DNA from: a virus | Lineage: Duplodnaviria; Caudoviricetes | Reading direction: 5' to 3' (one strand) | Length of the DNA: 64,000 nt | IMG/VR virus record: IMGVR_UViG_3300023105_001349 | Location: 1 to 64,000 of that record | Shown: one piece after another, positions 20,301 through 30,314 of the stretch | Layout: each line of letters begins with the position of its first letter | Position numbering within the stretch: position 1 is the first letter of the stretch | Notes under the pieces: model-generated | Told to the model about the DNA's origin: nothing | Databases searched by the model: none | Seen by the model: the letters and a program-made list of their open reading frames with translations, nothing else | Program-made: the position numbers and the translations under genes

Positions 20301-23300
20301 TTTACAGTCATATAAGAACTGATTACATTGTTGAAGATGTAGAAGAAGGCGGCAAGTTAAATCTTAATACTACAGATATTGATATTTCTGTAGGCGACAT
20401 TATTGGTGTTACTGAAACTAACTTTGCAGAAGGATTTTATAAAGTTACAGAAATTTTAGGTAACACTGTTACTATTGATCGTACTACAGAAGCAACTGAT
20501 ACATCAATTAGTGGTAGAATTACTAAACTTGTTAATGTAAGAGTTTCAGATCTTGAAAGTGCAAACACATTAGTACAATCTATTCCAGAAGGAATTACTA
20601 AATTATGGGTTGACAAGTCTGTAAATGATAGATGGGCAGTAATTGAACAAGTTTCTTCTTTTGCAGAACACGATGTTGTTTCAAATGAAATTGGCGAGCA
20701 AGCCGCAAGTTATGGTATTGCTGTTGCATCTAATAGTGCTAATAACGTTTTAGTAGTAGGTGCACCAGATGACGAAGATGGCAAAGTATATGTTTATACT
20801 AGAGCCGGTGGCGCAGGCAAGTTTAAATTATCAAATGTTATAGAACCTGATGATAATCAAGCAGACGACTTTGAAGGTTTTGGATCTTCGCTTGCATTAA
20901 GTGCTGACGGAAGATATCTTGCAGTAGGATCTCCTAATGCATCAAATGTTAGAACTACTTTCTTAGGTGACTATGTATCTACACAAGATTATGCACAAGG
21001 TAGTATTGTAAAATATCAAAACAATCTTTGGAAAGCCTTAGTTGCAATTGAAGGGGCAGAAGCAAACATTCAATTTGGTAGCAACGATAGTGTTCCTGAG
21101 ATTTTAACTTCTTTAGGATTAACAGAATCTTTTGATGAGAAGATTCCTGTATTACTAACTGGTAATTATCCATTTACAAATATTAACAACGTTGATCATA
21201 TTGTAGTTAAAGCACCTGCAGACATGTACGAAGGTTCGGGTGTAGGTGATACATTAAGACTAAAATGGAATCTAATAACAAATGCAAACCAAGATGTTGC
21301 AAAATATACAGAAGTACAACCATTTGCGGGAGATATTGGTTTAATTAATAACAATTATCTAACTGGCAATTTTACTATTGCTGCAAAAATTGACAGCATA
21401 CTTTATGTTCCAAGTTCAACTACAGTGCCCCTTGTAGGACAAGTTGTTGAAGTAGTTGGCGGATTTGGTAATGTTGAGTATGTATATGAGGACGAAGTTG
21501 AAGGCTCTGCAACAATTTATGTCTCAGGACAAAACGGTACATTTGGATTAAGCGGATCTTTAACAACTAGCATTGGTGAGTTTGTTGGTGAATACACAAC
21601 TGTTGCTCCTGCAGAAACTGTTAACAATTCAGAAGCATTCTGGGGTGGTTACTGGAAATTAGATTTAGGAACCACTTACAATGTAGGAACAATTAACTCT
21701 GACGAAGGCCGCGGTTTAGCATATGTTGACATTGTTCCTAATGGAACAGCAGATCCTAATAGAGATTGGTATTCAATTTTTGATACTAAACCGTCTGAGG
21801 CAATCGCAACAAACGCAGTTTACAGTAATAACAAATTGTTTAGTGAACTTACAAAATTATCATATGACGGCCAACCTGGACCAGGTGGCGTCATTGGAGA
21901 ACAACTATCAAATCAGTTTGTACTAAGAGTTCCAAAAGGATTAAGCGATGTATTAAATGTAGTTGCTGCTGGTAATACTAATAATTCAACTGTTAATGTA
22001 TTTTACAATCCAATGCCACAGTGGGAATTATCTGAATGGGAACCAAACACTGTTTATAGAGCAGGTGACATTGTAAGATATGTTACTGCTGAATATGATA
22101 ACATTTATTGGGAAGTAACAGCAAGACATCAAAGTGCAACATCATTCTTGCAATTTGATACTTCTACAGAAGATCCAACTGATTTAATTTACGATATTGA
22201 TTTTTACAGACCACTTGATCAATTGCCATTTGACAATCCTGAAGATATTGGTCTAAACCTAAATGACATTAACAAAAAACATACTATCTATGATGTATGG
22301 GACGGCTACATTGATTTTGACATTACTAAAACGCTTAATGATGTACCAATTGAACCTAAAGCAGGTATTGAAGTTAGAGATGTAACTAACAGAGGTACTG
22401 CATTAGTTACACACTATCAACGAACTGGTATTAGTAGTGGTAGAATTTACGTTAAGAATGTATCAGGCACATGGGCTGCTGGTGCGTTGTTTGGCGAGAA
22501 CAGGGAAATTGAATTTTTAGCAGACGGCAGTGGAGATACGTTATACGATCCAGGTTCCGGAAGTCGTATTTTTGGTCAAATACAGTCACGAGCATTTGAA
22601 TTACCAGCAGCTGGCATTGGTAAAATGATTGTATTAACAAGATCTGCTGATATTCCTGTTACAGATGAACAAACAATTTTAGAAGGCGAATACTTTGTAT
22701 ACCAAGAAGAATTAGTTGATGGTATTGCTCGTCCTGCAAATATTCCATCTGAAGCCAATAATGATTGGCAAACAATGTTTAATTTACCAGTTACTGCTGG
22801 AACAACTGAAAGCGGTCTTACAAATGAAGGTTATTATACTGTTTATCAAAGAACAGGAGTAGGACAGTTTGCAAAATTAGGAGCATTTAGTTCTGCAGAT
22901 AGACAAGACAATGCAAAACTAGGTGCAGAATTATCTTTTGCAAAAATTAATGATTTATACAAACTATTCATTAAAGAAGAAGGCAATGGCACATTAACAA
23001 ATAACGGTAGACTTTATATTGTAAACAACGGTACTGAAGGTGACTATCAGTATGGTTGGGAATTAAGTACTGACAAGAAATACAAAGGTGCTTATGATAA
23101 TACAAGAAGTTATAGCGAAGATGATGTTGTATTTTTTAACAACAGATTGTATCAAGCAATTACTAATATGAGTGCTGGAGTATTTAATTCTAATAACTGG
23201 ACAGAGATTGAAGACCCAAGAGATTATACAGGCTATATTCCTAATGATACAGGTTTAGCGTTATCAGGAAACACTTTACTTGATCAAACTGATATGCTTG

Positions 23301-26300
23301 AATTTGCTAAGAGCTTTGATATAAGTGCTAACGGCGAAGTGATTGTTGCAAGTGTAGTTAACGATACACAACCAAATTTAGTAGTTGTATATAGAAACTT
23401 AAACGGACTTTATTATAAGTCGCAAGAAATACAAGCACCTGATAATATAAATGGTTTTGGAGATAAAGTAAGTATTAGTCCAGACGGTACTCTTATTGCT
23501 GTATCAGAACCGTACAATGATGCCTTAGGTACAGACACAGGTAAAGTTTATATTTACAAACAAGTTAGCGGATCATTTACGCTATCACAAGAATTACGTA
23601 GTCCCGACACTCAACGTGCAGAAATGTTTGGTATTGACATTGACTTTGATGGTAATACGTTAGTAGTGGGTTGTCGTCAAGGTGATGCGTTTGTTGAAAC
23701 AACATTTGATCAGTTTGGCGACGGAACTACATTTGATAGTGAGTTTACTAAATTTAGAACTGTTAACGAAGATTCTGGTAATGTAAGAATTTTTGAAAGA
23801 CTTGGTGATACACTAGTTTATGGACAAACTATTGATTTTGACGATAGTGGTGTAAGATTCTTTGGTAGAAATATTACATTAAATAATGGACACATTTATG
23901 CAGGCCTACCGTCATTACAATATAGCGGTGCTAGACAAGGTACTGTTGTAGACTTCCGTAGAACTGAAGGCAGTATTTGGAATGAACTACGTGTTGGTAA
24001 AGAAACTGTTGATGTTGATAAAATTAAACGTGTTATTATGTATGACACAAAAACTAATGAACTATTACAGTACTTAGATTATGTTGATGTATTACAAGGA
24101 AAAGTCCCTGGACCAGCAGAACAAGAACTTTCGTTTAAAACATATTACGATCCAGCAACATATTCATTTGCATCTAGCGGACAAAATTTAGATGTAACAA
24201 ATGCCTGGGCGTCAGAGCAAGTTGGTAAACTATGGTGGGATTTAACAAATGCTAAATTTATTAATCCTTATCAAGATTCTGTAATTTACAGTGCAAATAA
24301 CTGGAATAAATTATTCTCAACTACTAATTCAATTGATATTTACGAGTGGGTAGAGTCAAAATATTTGCCAAGTGAATGGGATGAAAAGTCTGGTACAGAT
24401 AAAGGACTTGCCCAAGGCATTACTGGAACATCATTATACGGTGACGATGCATATTCTACTAAACGTGTTTATGACGAAGCAACAAGAACATTTAGTGTTT
24501 ACTATTATTTCTGGGTTGCAAACAAATCAACTGTTCCTAGCATTGAAGGAAGAAGTTTAAGTGCAGTAAACATTAGAGATCTTATTGCAGATCCAGCAGC
24601 ACAAGGATATCGATTTGTATCATTTATTAGTCCTACACAGTTTGCATTATATAACTGTGATAGTTTAGTTAAAGGAAACGACATTGCATTTAGTGTGCAG
24701 TATTGGACAATTGATAATCAAACACAGAATATTCATAATCAATATCAAATTCTTAGTGAAGGACTTGCTTCGAGCAGACCAAGTACAGACATTGAAAGAA
24801 AATGGTTTGATAGTTTAATTGGTTTTGACACACAAAATAGAAGTGTGCCTGCACCAGAACTTAGTGCAAAGGAAAAATACGGTATTTTAAACAAGCCACG
24901 TCAAGGTTGGTTTGTTAATAGAATTGAAGCATTTAAACAAGTTGTAGATAGAATTAATAATGTTTTAGCAACTGAACTAATTGTTGACGAAAAGGATATA
25001 TCAAATCTAACAAAGAAAGAGGCACAGCCATTACTAACATCAAATGTATACGATAGAACTGTTGATAGGTATAGTGATTTACAATTTGTTGGTGTTGCAA
25101 AAGCAAGACAAGCAGTTTTAACTCCAGTTATTACTGACGGTGTAATTACTCGAGTTGATATTACTGATACTGGTAGAGGTTATTTAAGACCTCCTACAGT
25201 TGAAATTTTTGGTGCAGGTAAAGATGCAGAAGTTAAAACAGAAATAGATGCACAAGGTAGAATTACTAATGTAACTGTTACTAAAGGCGGCAAGTATTAT
25301 GATAGTAATACAAGACTAACAGTAAGAAAATATACTGTTCTTGTAATAGCAGACGAAACTATTGCTGACAGATGGTCGCTATATGAAAGAGATGTTGTAA
25401 ACAGCACTTGGGTAAGAGTTGGAAGCCAAAGTTATAATGTAAACAATTATTGGTATTATCAAGATTGGTGGGAAGAAGGTTACAGTCAATTTACACAAAT
25501 TGATCAAGTAATTGATTATTCATACGAACTTGAAGGACTTGATAATGCATACGGTGACGTTGTAAAAATCAATAACGTTGGTTCTGGCGGTTGGCTATTA
25601 CTAGAAAAAATTGATACACAAACTGGTGTTGATTATACTGTAAATTACAAAACTATTGGTAGACAAAATGGTACAATACAAATTGCAGAAGCATTGTACG
25701 ATCCTACAAAAAATCTTGTAGGTTACGATACTACAAGTTTTGATATTAAACAGTTTGACGGTATTCCTAGCACTGAATCACGAATTGTATTAGAAACAAT
25801 TAGAGATAAGTTATTTACAGATGACTTAGCAGTTGAATATAATAAGTTGTTCTTTGCAAGTTTACGTTATGTGTTTGCAGAACAAAGTTATGTAGACTGG
25901 GCATTTAAAACATCGTTTATAAAAGCAAAACACAATGTTGGCGAATTAACACAGAAACTTAATTTCCAAAATGATAACTTACCGTCATATGAGGAATATA
26001 TTAAAGAAGTTAAACCTTACAAGTCTAAAATTAGAGAATATTTAAGTAGTTATGAAAATACTGATAATTCTCAGTCAATGATTTCGGACTTTGATTTACC
26101 TCCTAGATATATTGAAAACTCAGACGAAATAACTCCGCAACGTATTAAAGTAATTGATAGTCAGTTAGTTAATACTGATGCAAATATTGATGTTTATCCT
26201 TATAAAAACTGGGCAGACAATGCAGGGTTTGAAGTTTCTCATATTAACATCGCAGACGCCGGTTCAGGATACACTAATGCACCTCAAGTAATTATTAGCG

Positions 26301-29300
26301 GTGGCGGTGGATCAGGTGCTAAAGCAGTAGCATCTATTGGTACAGGCGGTAAAGTTACTAGTATAACAGTAACTAATCCAGGGTCAGGATATTTGTCGGC
26401 ACCGAGAATTAGTTTTAACGGCAGTATCACTGCTGGAGGATCTGAAGTAAAGGCAAATGCAGTTATTAACAATACTGTTGTTAGAACATTAACAACTGCA
26501 ATTAAGTTTGACAGAGTATCTGGAACATACGAATTTATTGATCTTGCAACGACTGAAGAATTTGCAGGCACCGGTAATAAAAACGTGTTTAATTTGTTAT
26601 GGCCAATGAACTTAAGAACTGACAAAGTTACAGTTTATGTTGACGGTGATGAAGTACTTGGCGGAAACTACACATACGAAAATGTTCTTGATCAAACAAA
26701 GGGATATGATAGATATTATGGTAGAATTACATTTACTGATTCTCCAATAAGCGGAACTAACATTGTTGTAGAATATTCAAAAGATATTGCATTATTAAAT
26801 GCACAGGATAGAATTAATCTTGCGTATGCACCTACAACAGAGCAGTTTGGTAAAACACTAGGTCAGTTAATGGATGGTGTTGACTATGGCGGCGTACAAG
26901 TTAGAGGATTTGAGTTTGGTGGACAAAATGGTTGGGACACTGGAAACTGGATGGACGATGCCTGGGACGTATTTGATACAACATATGAAGATTATGTTGT
27001 AACACTTGACGGATCAACTAATGAATTTAACTTAATAGATAGTTTAGGAGAACCTAAGCCATTAGAAGATGGAATCACTTATAACGTTTATAAAAACGGA
27101 GTACGAATTGACGATCCTAATTACGGAACACCGGATCAAACAAACGACAATGCATTAATGTTACCTATTGTAGGCGATGGCGTACAAACAACTATTAACA
27201 TTAATGACTATGATATTACTGGTAATGATGGCGACACATTTATTATTAGAAAAATTACTTCAGACGGTGCATTCCTTCCTGATCCTGATGTATATGATAC
27301 TGCACTAGAAGGCGGCAATTTACAATATCAAACTGCTACAGGTTTAAGATCAGAAGATATTACTGTAGACGGTGACGGATTTGTAACACATACTACATCA
27401 AAAGGTCCAGAAGAAGTTGTACCAGGACAAGTCCTTGACACTCTTGATATTACAGTTTACGAAAGACCTACTGTAGGATCTTCACAAATAGAATCAAGAA
27501 ACTATATTGGCAATGGTGCAACAAGAACTTATAGTATTGGTGCTTCTCCAATTAAGAAAGAAAACTTATTTGTTAAAGTGGGATCAACTATTTTAACAAG
27601 TGATGATTATGTAATTGACTATAACAGTGAAACAGTTACATTTGATACCGCACCAACCTTAGGACAAAGAATAAACATTATTTCAGTAGGGATGAGTGCT
27701 TCAAATATATTAGATATTGACACATATACTGGCGACGGCACTACAGTTGAATTCCTTTCAAATGCAAGATACCAAGATAGTGCAGAAGCATTTGTTACAG
27801 TGAACGGTAAGGTAGTAAATGTATCTTTACTAGAAGCAGACGAAACGTATGCATATCCAGGTAACTTTATTGTTAAATTACCGTCACCTCCGTTTACAGA
27901 TGCAAACATTAAAGTTCTTATTGCAGAAGAAGGACTAACAAATGTAGGATATAGTCAAGTTACTATTGATTCTATTGTAGCAGATGGTAGTACTACAAAC
28001 TTTGCACTAAGTCAAGCACCTTTTGAGCAAGAACCATTAAGAACAAATATGCTTGTTAAAGTTAATGACAAAGTATTACATGCTGGTTACAATGAAACAT
28101 TTGATGTAACATCTACTAGACAATATCAGTTAGACTTAACTCAGGTACCTATTGCAAGTGTTAACGCATATGATGTTGAAGTTTATCTGAATGGAAGAAG
28201 ATTAACTTACTTGCAAGAATGGACATTTGAAGGTGCAAGTGCATATGATAGCACATTGCCGCCATCGGGTCAAGCAGGTAGTACAGTTACACTTGAATTA
28301 GGTATTGGCGAAGCGGGTGATAAACTTGAAGTTTACATCATTAGTGATGCAGAATACAATTTAGGTTACTATGATAATAATAATGATTTCCAAAGAACAC
28401 CTGGAACAATATATCTAACTTCTGCTTACAATGATAACGATATTATTACAGTGTATCAGTTTAGTAATCATGATAGTCAGGGCATTGAACGTCAAAAAAT
28501 ACAAGTTACTGAAAAAACAGAATTAGAAGTAGGCACCGAAGATTACTATGCATTTAGAAGATGGCAGCGTGGACTGTTTGATTTAAGATCACCTGCGTTA
28601 TCTGCAGAGTTTGTTTGGGTAATACAAAATGGACAACTGTTAATGCCTAGTGTTGATTACTCGTTAACAACCAACAAACTAACTGTGAAATTACTTCAAC
28701 AACCTGCTGAAGATGATGTAATTGAACTTATACATTTTGCAAACGGTGTTGTTGTAGATCAGTTTGGTTGGAGACAATTTAAAGACATTCTAAACAGAAC
28801 ACATTACAAGCGTCTAGAAGAAAGTTATGAACTTGCTGAAGAATTATTGTATTACGATAAAATTATTAAAGTTGTAGATGCAACTAATTTGCCTAGCCCA
28901 GCATTTGATGCAAAATATCCAGGTGTTATATTCATCAACGGAGAACGTATTGAATACTTTGTTAAAGACGGCAATGAATTAAAACAACTCCGCAGAGGAA
29001 CATTAGGAACTAGTATTAAAACCTCATACGAAGCAGGAACAACTTTTGTTTCTGGTAATGTTGATACAACTGTTCCGTACAAAGACGAAGAAGAAACTGT
29101 CACGGTTACAAGTAGTGGTTACAGTATAGCATCAACTATATATGAGGATAGCGCAGGCGTTACAGTAGATAAGTTTACATACGACTTTAACAATAACACT
29201 GCTTTCCCATTAGGCGGACAGTTGACAACTATTATTGGTACAGAATTTGAAACTAATGTTAACGTTCTTGTAGGAGATACCGAACCAACAGTAACTTTAC

Positions 29301-30292
29301 CAGCAAATGATATTTTAACAAGTTCTTATATTAGAGTAAAACCACCGTTTTACTTCCAACCAAATAGTTGGAACAAAACTCTAATTGATGGCAAAGTTAT
29401 AAGATTTACAGGAACTCCATTTGGTGGATTACTACCTGATACAGATTACTATGTAGTTGATGTAGTAAAAGCATCAACACTCGATAGTAGTGCAGCAGCA
29501 AACGAAGTTGCTATTGCAGTAAGTACAACACAAGGCGGAACAGCAGAAGTATTAACACCAGGTAACGGCATAATGAATGTTGTTTATAACAGCAGTACAT
29601 ACGTAAGTGATACAGAAGTATTGTTTATTACTCCGTTGTTGCCTGTAGGTGCTTATGACCTAGTAGTTGTAAATCCTGCAACATCAGTACCAATTGATAG
29701 AGCGCAAACTAGTGTTGTTGTACCAGGCGCAGTGATTTATGTACAAATTTTATTACCGTATGCTCCAATACCAAACCCAAGAACTGCAACAGGATGGTAT
29801 AAAGAGCAAGCAGAGATACCAGTAAGTGAAATTGTTCCGGGTAGAGGCTATGTTATTGCTTCTCAGGGCACAACAACATTTACAAATTATGGTTCACCAA
29901 ACAATGCTATTGGAACAGAGTTTATTGCTACAAGCATTCCAGCAGGAACGGGCACAGTATTAGACTTTACAAGTATTCCATTAGAGTATTGGGAAGCACA
30001 AGACATTGAAGTATTTGTTGCAGGACGTAGATTGCGTAAATCACCAATAAGTGTTTACAATTACGATGCGCAAGATAGTCCAGAAGGCGACATTACAGTA
30101 GAAGCAGAGTTTGCAGTAAACAAAAACGTGGGTGCGTATGTACGTTTAACATCGCCTCCACCGGCTGGAACACAGGTAACAATCGTTAAAAGGATTGGTA
30201 CTTTATGGTCAGAACCGGGCATTGCGTTATCTAAATCAGAAAATGACATTGCTAAGTTCTTACAAGCGAAGACAACTGAGTTACCACGATAA
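14330..30292 (+). CDS. Giant (5320 aa) baseplate wedge/attachment protein, gp7-like position
   Basis: Single uninterrupted ORF after gp6; contains CBM5/12-like modules, FG-GAP-like blades, GSGY beta repeats and Ig-like domains. Confidence 0.75.
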   Translation: MAFNNDQTEQPLPAGGNQKRKSSQHLPKYFRTQFNKKFLAATLDQLIQPGVAEKLNGYFGRKTAKGYQSSDFYIGDVSTDREDYQFEPASVIKDELNNVNYFGTYNDYINQIKNLDGSVDDHSLLNRQEYYAWNPHINWDKFVNFREYYWLPNGPQSVPVAGETINVESTIKVTASDAQDNKAFVFTPDGLTTNPELTLYRGITYRFEIDAPGLPLSFRTSRRVAPDWRAVSFYKAGEQVQYKGAIYTAIDDVATDWEFETHADKWELDLNFNLKTQVSQQDVEDGVIEVTLDGGTPDAIYYVSNNDINAGGLIRVYDIDQATSINVEQEILGKKDYTTSSGFDLSNGMKISFSGEVTPEKYGIGSWYVEGVGDEIQLISEEELSAASAFTDDFDIEFDTEGFDRLPYSQAIGYPAKKDYITISRTSQDGNLWSKYNRWFHKSVIEQSASINNQPSELDQSQRATRPIIEFEANLKLFDFGTRVKLNVDLVDDFTTDVFSTIEGSKGYNVDGVDLTNGMRVLFTADPDSLVNGKIYEVKFITILNDRQITLQETEDSAPQQFETVLCKDGDTYKGKMLFYTGTKWKLAQDKTDVNQAPLFDLFDKDGYSLSDETVYDSSSFKGTKLFSYKTGTGTNDTELGFPLSYRSIENVGDVTFNFNLITDSVDYVLDTEETSISTSVAYLRKYNSLTDFNPVNGWIKSDNLSSQVIIRQFVVDNTRTVYPIDVYNRSGLLNDLWVKVFVNNKVLFEGVDYTLSSNNEDILEITFTTDLELDDVILIKTRSTALKNDNGFYEIANSLERNPLNKDMQDFTLGEVNDHVGTIIDEIDMFSGVYPGISNLRDAGPISQFGKRFVKHSSPINLAMYHLLNKESNLVKSLKYSRREYGKFKRTFLQTAHDLGFSGSVKKHVDAIIKEINKNKTSKMPFYFSDMVPAGASVVNSVTVEDVDNQFFALSKVFTLETLSDAAVQVYQNEVQLIHGKDYTFNDQGFVIITTTKQRGDTITIYEYETTNGSFVPPTPTKLGLYPKYEPTMYVDDTYLEPQTVIQGHDGSIMIAFGDFRDDLILELEKRIFNNIKVRYDTDLFNLFDFIPSEGRNTVLTKEQIDETMLSDFAQWLQLVDEDYTANPAYERTNTFTFNHQGMSDPSGNNVTGYWRAVYKWAYDTDRPHTHPWEMLGFTIKPTWWDEQYGEAPYTSNNLLMWEDIESGIIRIPDQPVTVNEQFLRPFLTSHLPVDESGNLVSPVISGYIRNYDTTELDFNFVYGDHGPVENAWRRSSEYPFALLTSLFINQPNYVLGTAWDRSRQSRNIAGQLVYNDQTQLRLDNLVFPNNVTDKSRTYTSGLVNYIYDYMASSVSTSYNLYVDSVKSINNQMAFKIAGFTNKDKFKLILDSRTPTNQGNVFVPEENYQIFLNTSTPVTTIDYSGVIVEKQEYGFVVRGYNGQRPYFYYHKPYEITNDPYINVGGISANFLLWDSRKAYTQDSIVEYQNSYYRVTEAHTSGTDFDSTKFAKIPSVPLTGGRDAFFRTSFDKTPVKVPYGTVYETIQEVVDFILGYSDYLVDQGFVFDYYDTNEQYVSDWKTSAKEFMFWTTQNWGAGAVITLSPAASQLKFISEYAVVDDVFDTFYGYSLFKADGKKLESEFASLTRENPAEFILRPKNTEDGIFAVRLALVQKEHAVLIDNKTVFNDIIFDQEPGYRQERIKVLGYRTGDWDGSLNIPGFIFDNAKITEWESWKDYAIGDLVKYKEFYYSARNKVPGVEVFNDSDWVRLDEKPSMGLIPNFEYKTNQFADFYDLDTDNFDLEQQKFAQHLIGYQNRDYLANIINDDVSQYKFYQGMIQDKGTKNALSKLFDVLSSSDKDSLEFFEEWAVKAGQYGASEGFEEVEYLIDEANMRLSPQTIELVNNTTGQETDLVYRIKPFETYLKPAGYNHAPWPSKYVEDTYTKNSGFVNRDDVDFVVSTYDSILNIDYSTCNFNDTIWVGNDGLTWNVYSHIRTDYIVEDVEEGGKLNLNTTDIDISVGDIIGVTETNFAEGFYKVTEILGNTVTIDRTTEATDTSISGRITKLVNVRVSDLESANTLVQSIPEGITKLWVDKSVNDRWAVIEQVSSFAEHDVVSNEIGEQAASYGIAVASNSANNVLVVGAPDDEDGKVYVYTRAGGAGKFKLSNVIEPDDNQADDFEGFGSSLALSADGRYLAVGSPNASNVRTTFLGDYVSTQDYAQGSIVKYQNNLWKALVAIEGAEANIQFGSNDSVPEILTSLGLTESFDEKIPVLLTGNYPFTNINNVDHIVVKAPADMYEGSGVGDTLRLKWNLITNANQDVAKYTEVQPFAGDIGLINNNYLTGNFTIAAKIDSILYVPSSTTVPLVGQVVEVVGGFGNVEYVYEDEVEGSATIYVSGQNGTFGLSGSLTTSIGEFVGEYTTVAPAETVNNSEAFWGGYWKLDLGTTYNVGTINSDEGRGLAYVDIVPNGTADPNRDWYSIFDTKPSEAIATNAVYSNNKLFSELTKLSYDGQPGPGGVIGEQLSNQFVLRVPKGLSDVLNVVAAGNTNNSTVNVFYNPMPQWELSEWEPNTVYRAGDIVRYVTAEYDNIYWEVTARHQSATSFLQFDTSTEDPTDLIYDIDFYRPLDQLPFDNPEDIGLNLNDINKKHTIYDVWDGYIDFDITKTLNDVPIEPKAGIEVRDVTNRGTALVTHYQRTGISSGRIYVKNVSGTWAAGALFGENREIEFLADGSGDTLYDPGSGSRIFGQIQSRAFELPAAGIGKMIVLTRSADIPVTDEQTILEGEYFVYQEELVDGIARPANIPSEANNDWQTMFNLPVTAGTTESGLTNEGYYTVYQRTGVGQFAKLGAFSSADRQDNAKLGAELSFAKINDLYKLFIKEEGNGTLTNNGRLYIVNNGTEGDYQYGWELSTDKKYKGAYDNTRSYSEDDVVFFNNRLYQAITNMSAGVFNSNNWTEIEDPRDYTGYIPNDTGLALSGNTLLDQTDMLEFAKSFDISANGEVIVASVVNDTQPNLVVVYRNLNGLYYKSQEIQAPDNINGFGDKVSISPDGTLIAVSEPYNDALGTDTGKVYIYKQVSGSFTLSQELRSPDTQRAEMFGIDIDFDGNTLVVGCRQGDAFVETTFDQFGDGTTFDSEFTKFRTVNEDSGNVRIFERLGDTLVYGQTIDFDDSGVRFFGRNITLNNGHIYAGLPSLQYSGARQGTVVDFRRTEGSIWNELRVGKETVDVDKIKRVIMYDTKTNELLQYLDYVDVLQGKVPGPAEQELSFKTYYDPATYSFASSGQNLDVTNAWASEQVGKLWWDLTNAKFINPYQDSVIYSANNWNKLFSTTNSIDIYEWVESKYLPSEWDEKSGTDKGLAQGITGTSLYGDDAYSTKRVYDEATRTFSVYYYFWVANKSTVPSIEGRSLSAVNIRDLIADPAAQGYRFVSFISPTQFALYNCDSLVKGNDIAFSVQYWTIDNQTQNIHNQYQILSEGLASSRPSTDIERKWFDSLIGFDTQNRSVPAPELSAKEKYGILNKPRQGWFVNRIEAFKQVVDRINNVLATELIVDEKDISNLTKKEAQPLLTSNVYDRTVDRYSDLQFVGVAKARQAVLTPVITDGVITRVDITDTGRGYLRPPTVEIFGAGKDAEVKTEIDAQGRITNVTVTKGGKYYDSNTRLTVRKYTVLVIADETIADRWSLYERDVVNSTWVRVGSQSYNVNNYWYYQDWWEEGYSQFTQIDQVIDYSYELEGLDNAYGDVVKINNVGSGGWLLLEKIDTQTGVDYTVNYKTIGRQNGTIQIAEALYDPTKNLVGYDTTSFDIKQFDGIPSTESRIVLETIRDKLFTDDLAVEYNKLFFASLRYVFAEQSYVDWAFKTSFIKAKHNVGELTQKLNFQNDNLPSYEEYIKEVKPYKSKIREYLSSYENTDNSQSMISDFDLPPRYIENSDEITPQRIKVIDSQLVNTDANIDVYPYKNWADNAGFEVSHINIADAGSGYTNAPQVIISGGGGSGAKAVASIGTGGKVTSITVTNPGSGYLSAPRISFNGSITAGGSEVKANAVINNTVVRTLTTAIKFDRVSGTYEFIDLATTEEFAGTGNKNVFNLLWPMNLRTDKVTVYVDGDEVLGGNYTYENVLDQTKGYDRYYGRITFTDSPISGTNIVVEYSKDIALLNAQDRINLAYAPTTEQFGKTLGQLMDGVDYGGVQVRGFEFGGQNGWDTGNWMDDAWDVFDTTYEDYVVTLDGSTNEFNLIDSLGEPKPLEDGITYNVYKNGVRIDDPNYGTPDQTNDNALMLPIVGDGVQTTININDYDITGNDGDTFIIRKITSDGAFLPDPDVYDTALEGGNLQYQTATGLRSEDITVDGDGFVTHTTSKGPEEVVPGQVLDTLDITVYERPTVGSSQIESRNYIGNGATRTYSIGASPIKKENLFVKVGSTILTSDDYVIDYNSETVTFDTAPTLGQRINIISVGMSASNILDIDTYTGDGTTVEFLSNARYQDSAEAFVTVNGKVVNVSLLEADETYAYPGNFIVKLPSPPFTDANIKVLIAEEGLTNVGYSQVTIDSIVADGSTTNFALSQAPFEQEPLRTNMLVKVNDKVLHAGYNETFDVTSTRQYQLDLTQVPIASVNAYDVEVYLNGRRLTYLQEWTFEGASAYDSTLPPSGQAGSTVTLELGIGEAGDKLEVYIISDAEYNLGYYDNNNDFQRTPGTIYLTSAYNDNDIITVYQFSNHDSQGIERQKIQVTEKTELEVGTEDYYAFRRWQRGLFDLRSPALSAEFVWVIQNGQLLMPSVDYSLTTNKLTVKLLQQPAEDDVIELIHFANGVVVDQFGWRQFKDILNRTHYKRLEESYELAEELLYYDKIIKVVDATNLPSPAFDAKYPGVIFINGERIEYFVKDGNELKQLRRGTLGTSIKTSYEAGTTFVSGNVDTTVPYKDEEETVTVTSSGYSIASTIYEDSAGVTVDKFTYDFNNNTAFPLGGQLTTIIGTEFETNVNVLVGDTEPTVTLPANDILTSSYIRVKPPFYFQPNSWNKTLIDGKVIRFTGTPFGGLLPDTDYYVVDVVKASTLDSSAAANEVAIAVSTTQGGTAEVLTPGNGIMNVVYNSSTYVSDTEVLFITPLLPVGAYDLVVVNPATSVPIDRAQTSVVVPGAVIYVQILLPYAPIPNPRTATGWYKEQAEIPVSEIVPGRGYVIASQGTTTFTNYGSPNNAIGTEFIATSIPAGTGTVLDFTSIPLEYWEAQDIEVFVAGRRLRKSPISVYNYDAQDSPEGDITVEAEFAVNKNVGAYVRLTSPPPAGTQVTIVKRIGTLWSEPGIALSKSENDIAKFLQAKTTELPR

Positions 30293-30295
30293 ATA
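30290..30295 (+). promoter_or_regulatory. Late-promoter-like TAAATA overlapping the giant gene stop codon
   Basis: TAAATA then TAGGA SD before the ATG at 30315. Confidence 0.55.
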
Positions 30296-30314
30296 GTGTA
30301 TAGGAAACAAAAAA

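Noticed and set aside
14330-30292. Intein or intron inflating the giant ORF
   Set aside because: No HINT or LAGLIDADG motif seen; size is explained by structural modules
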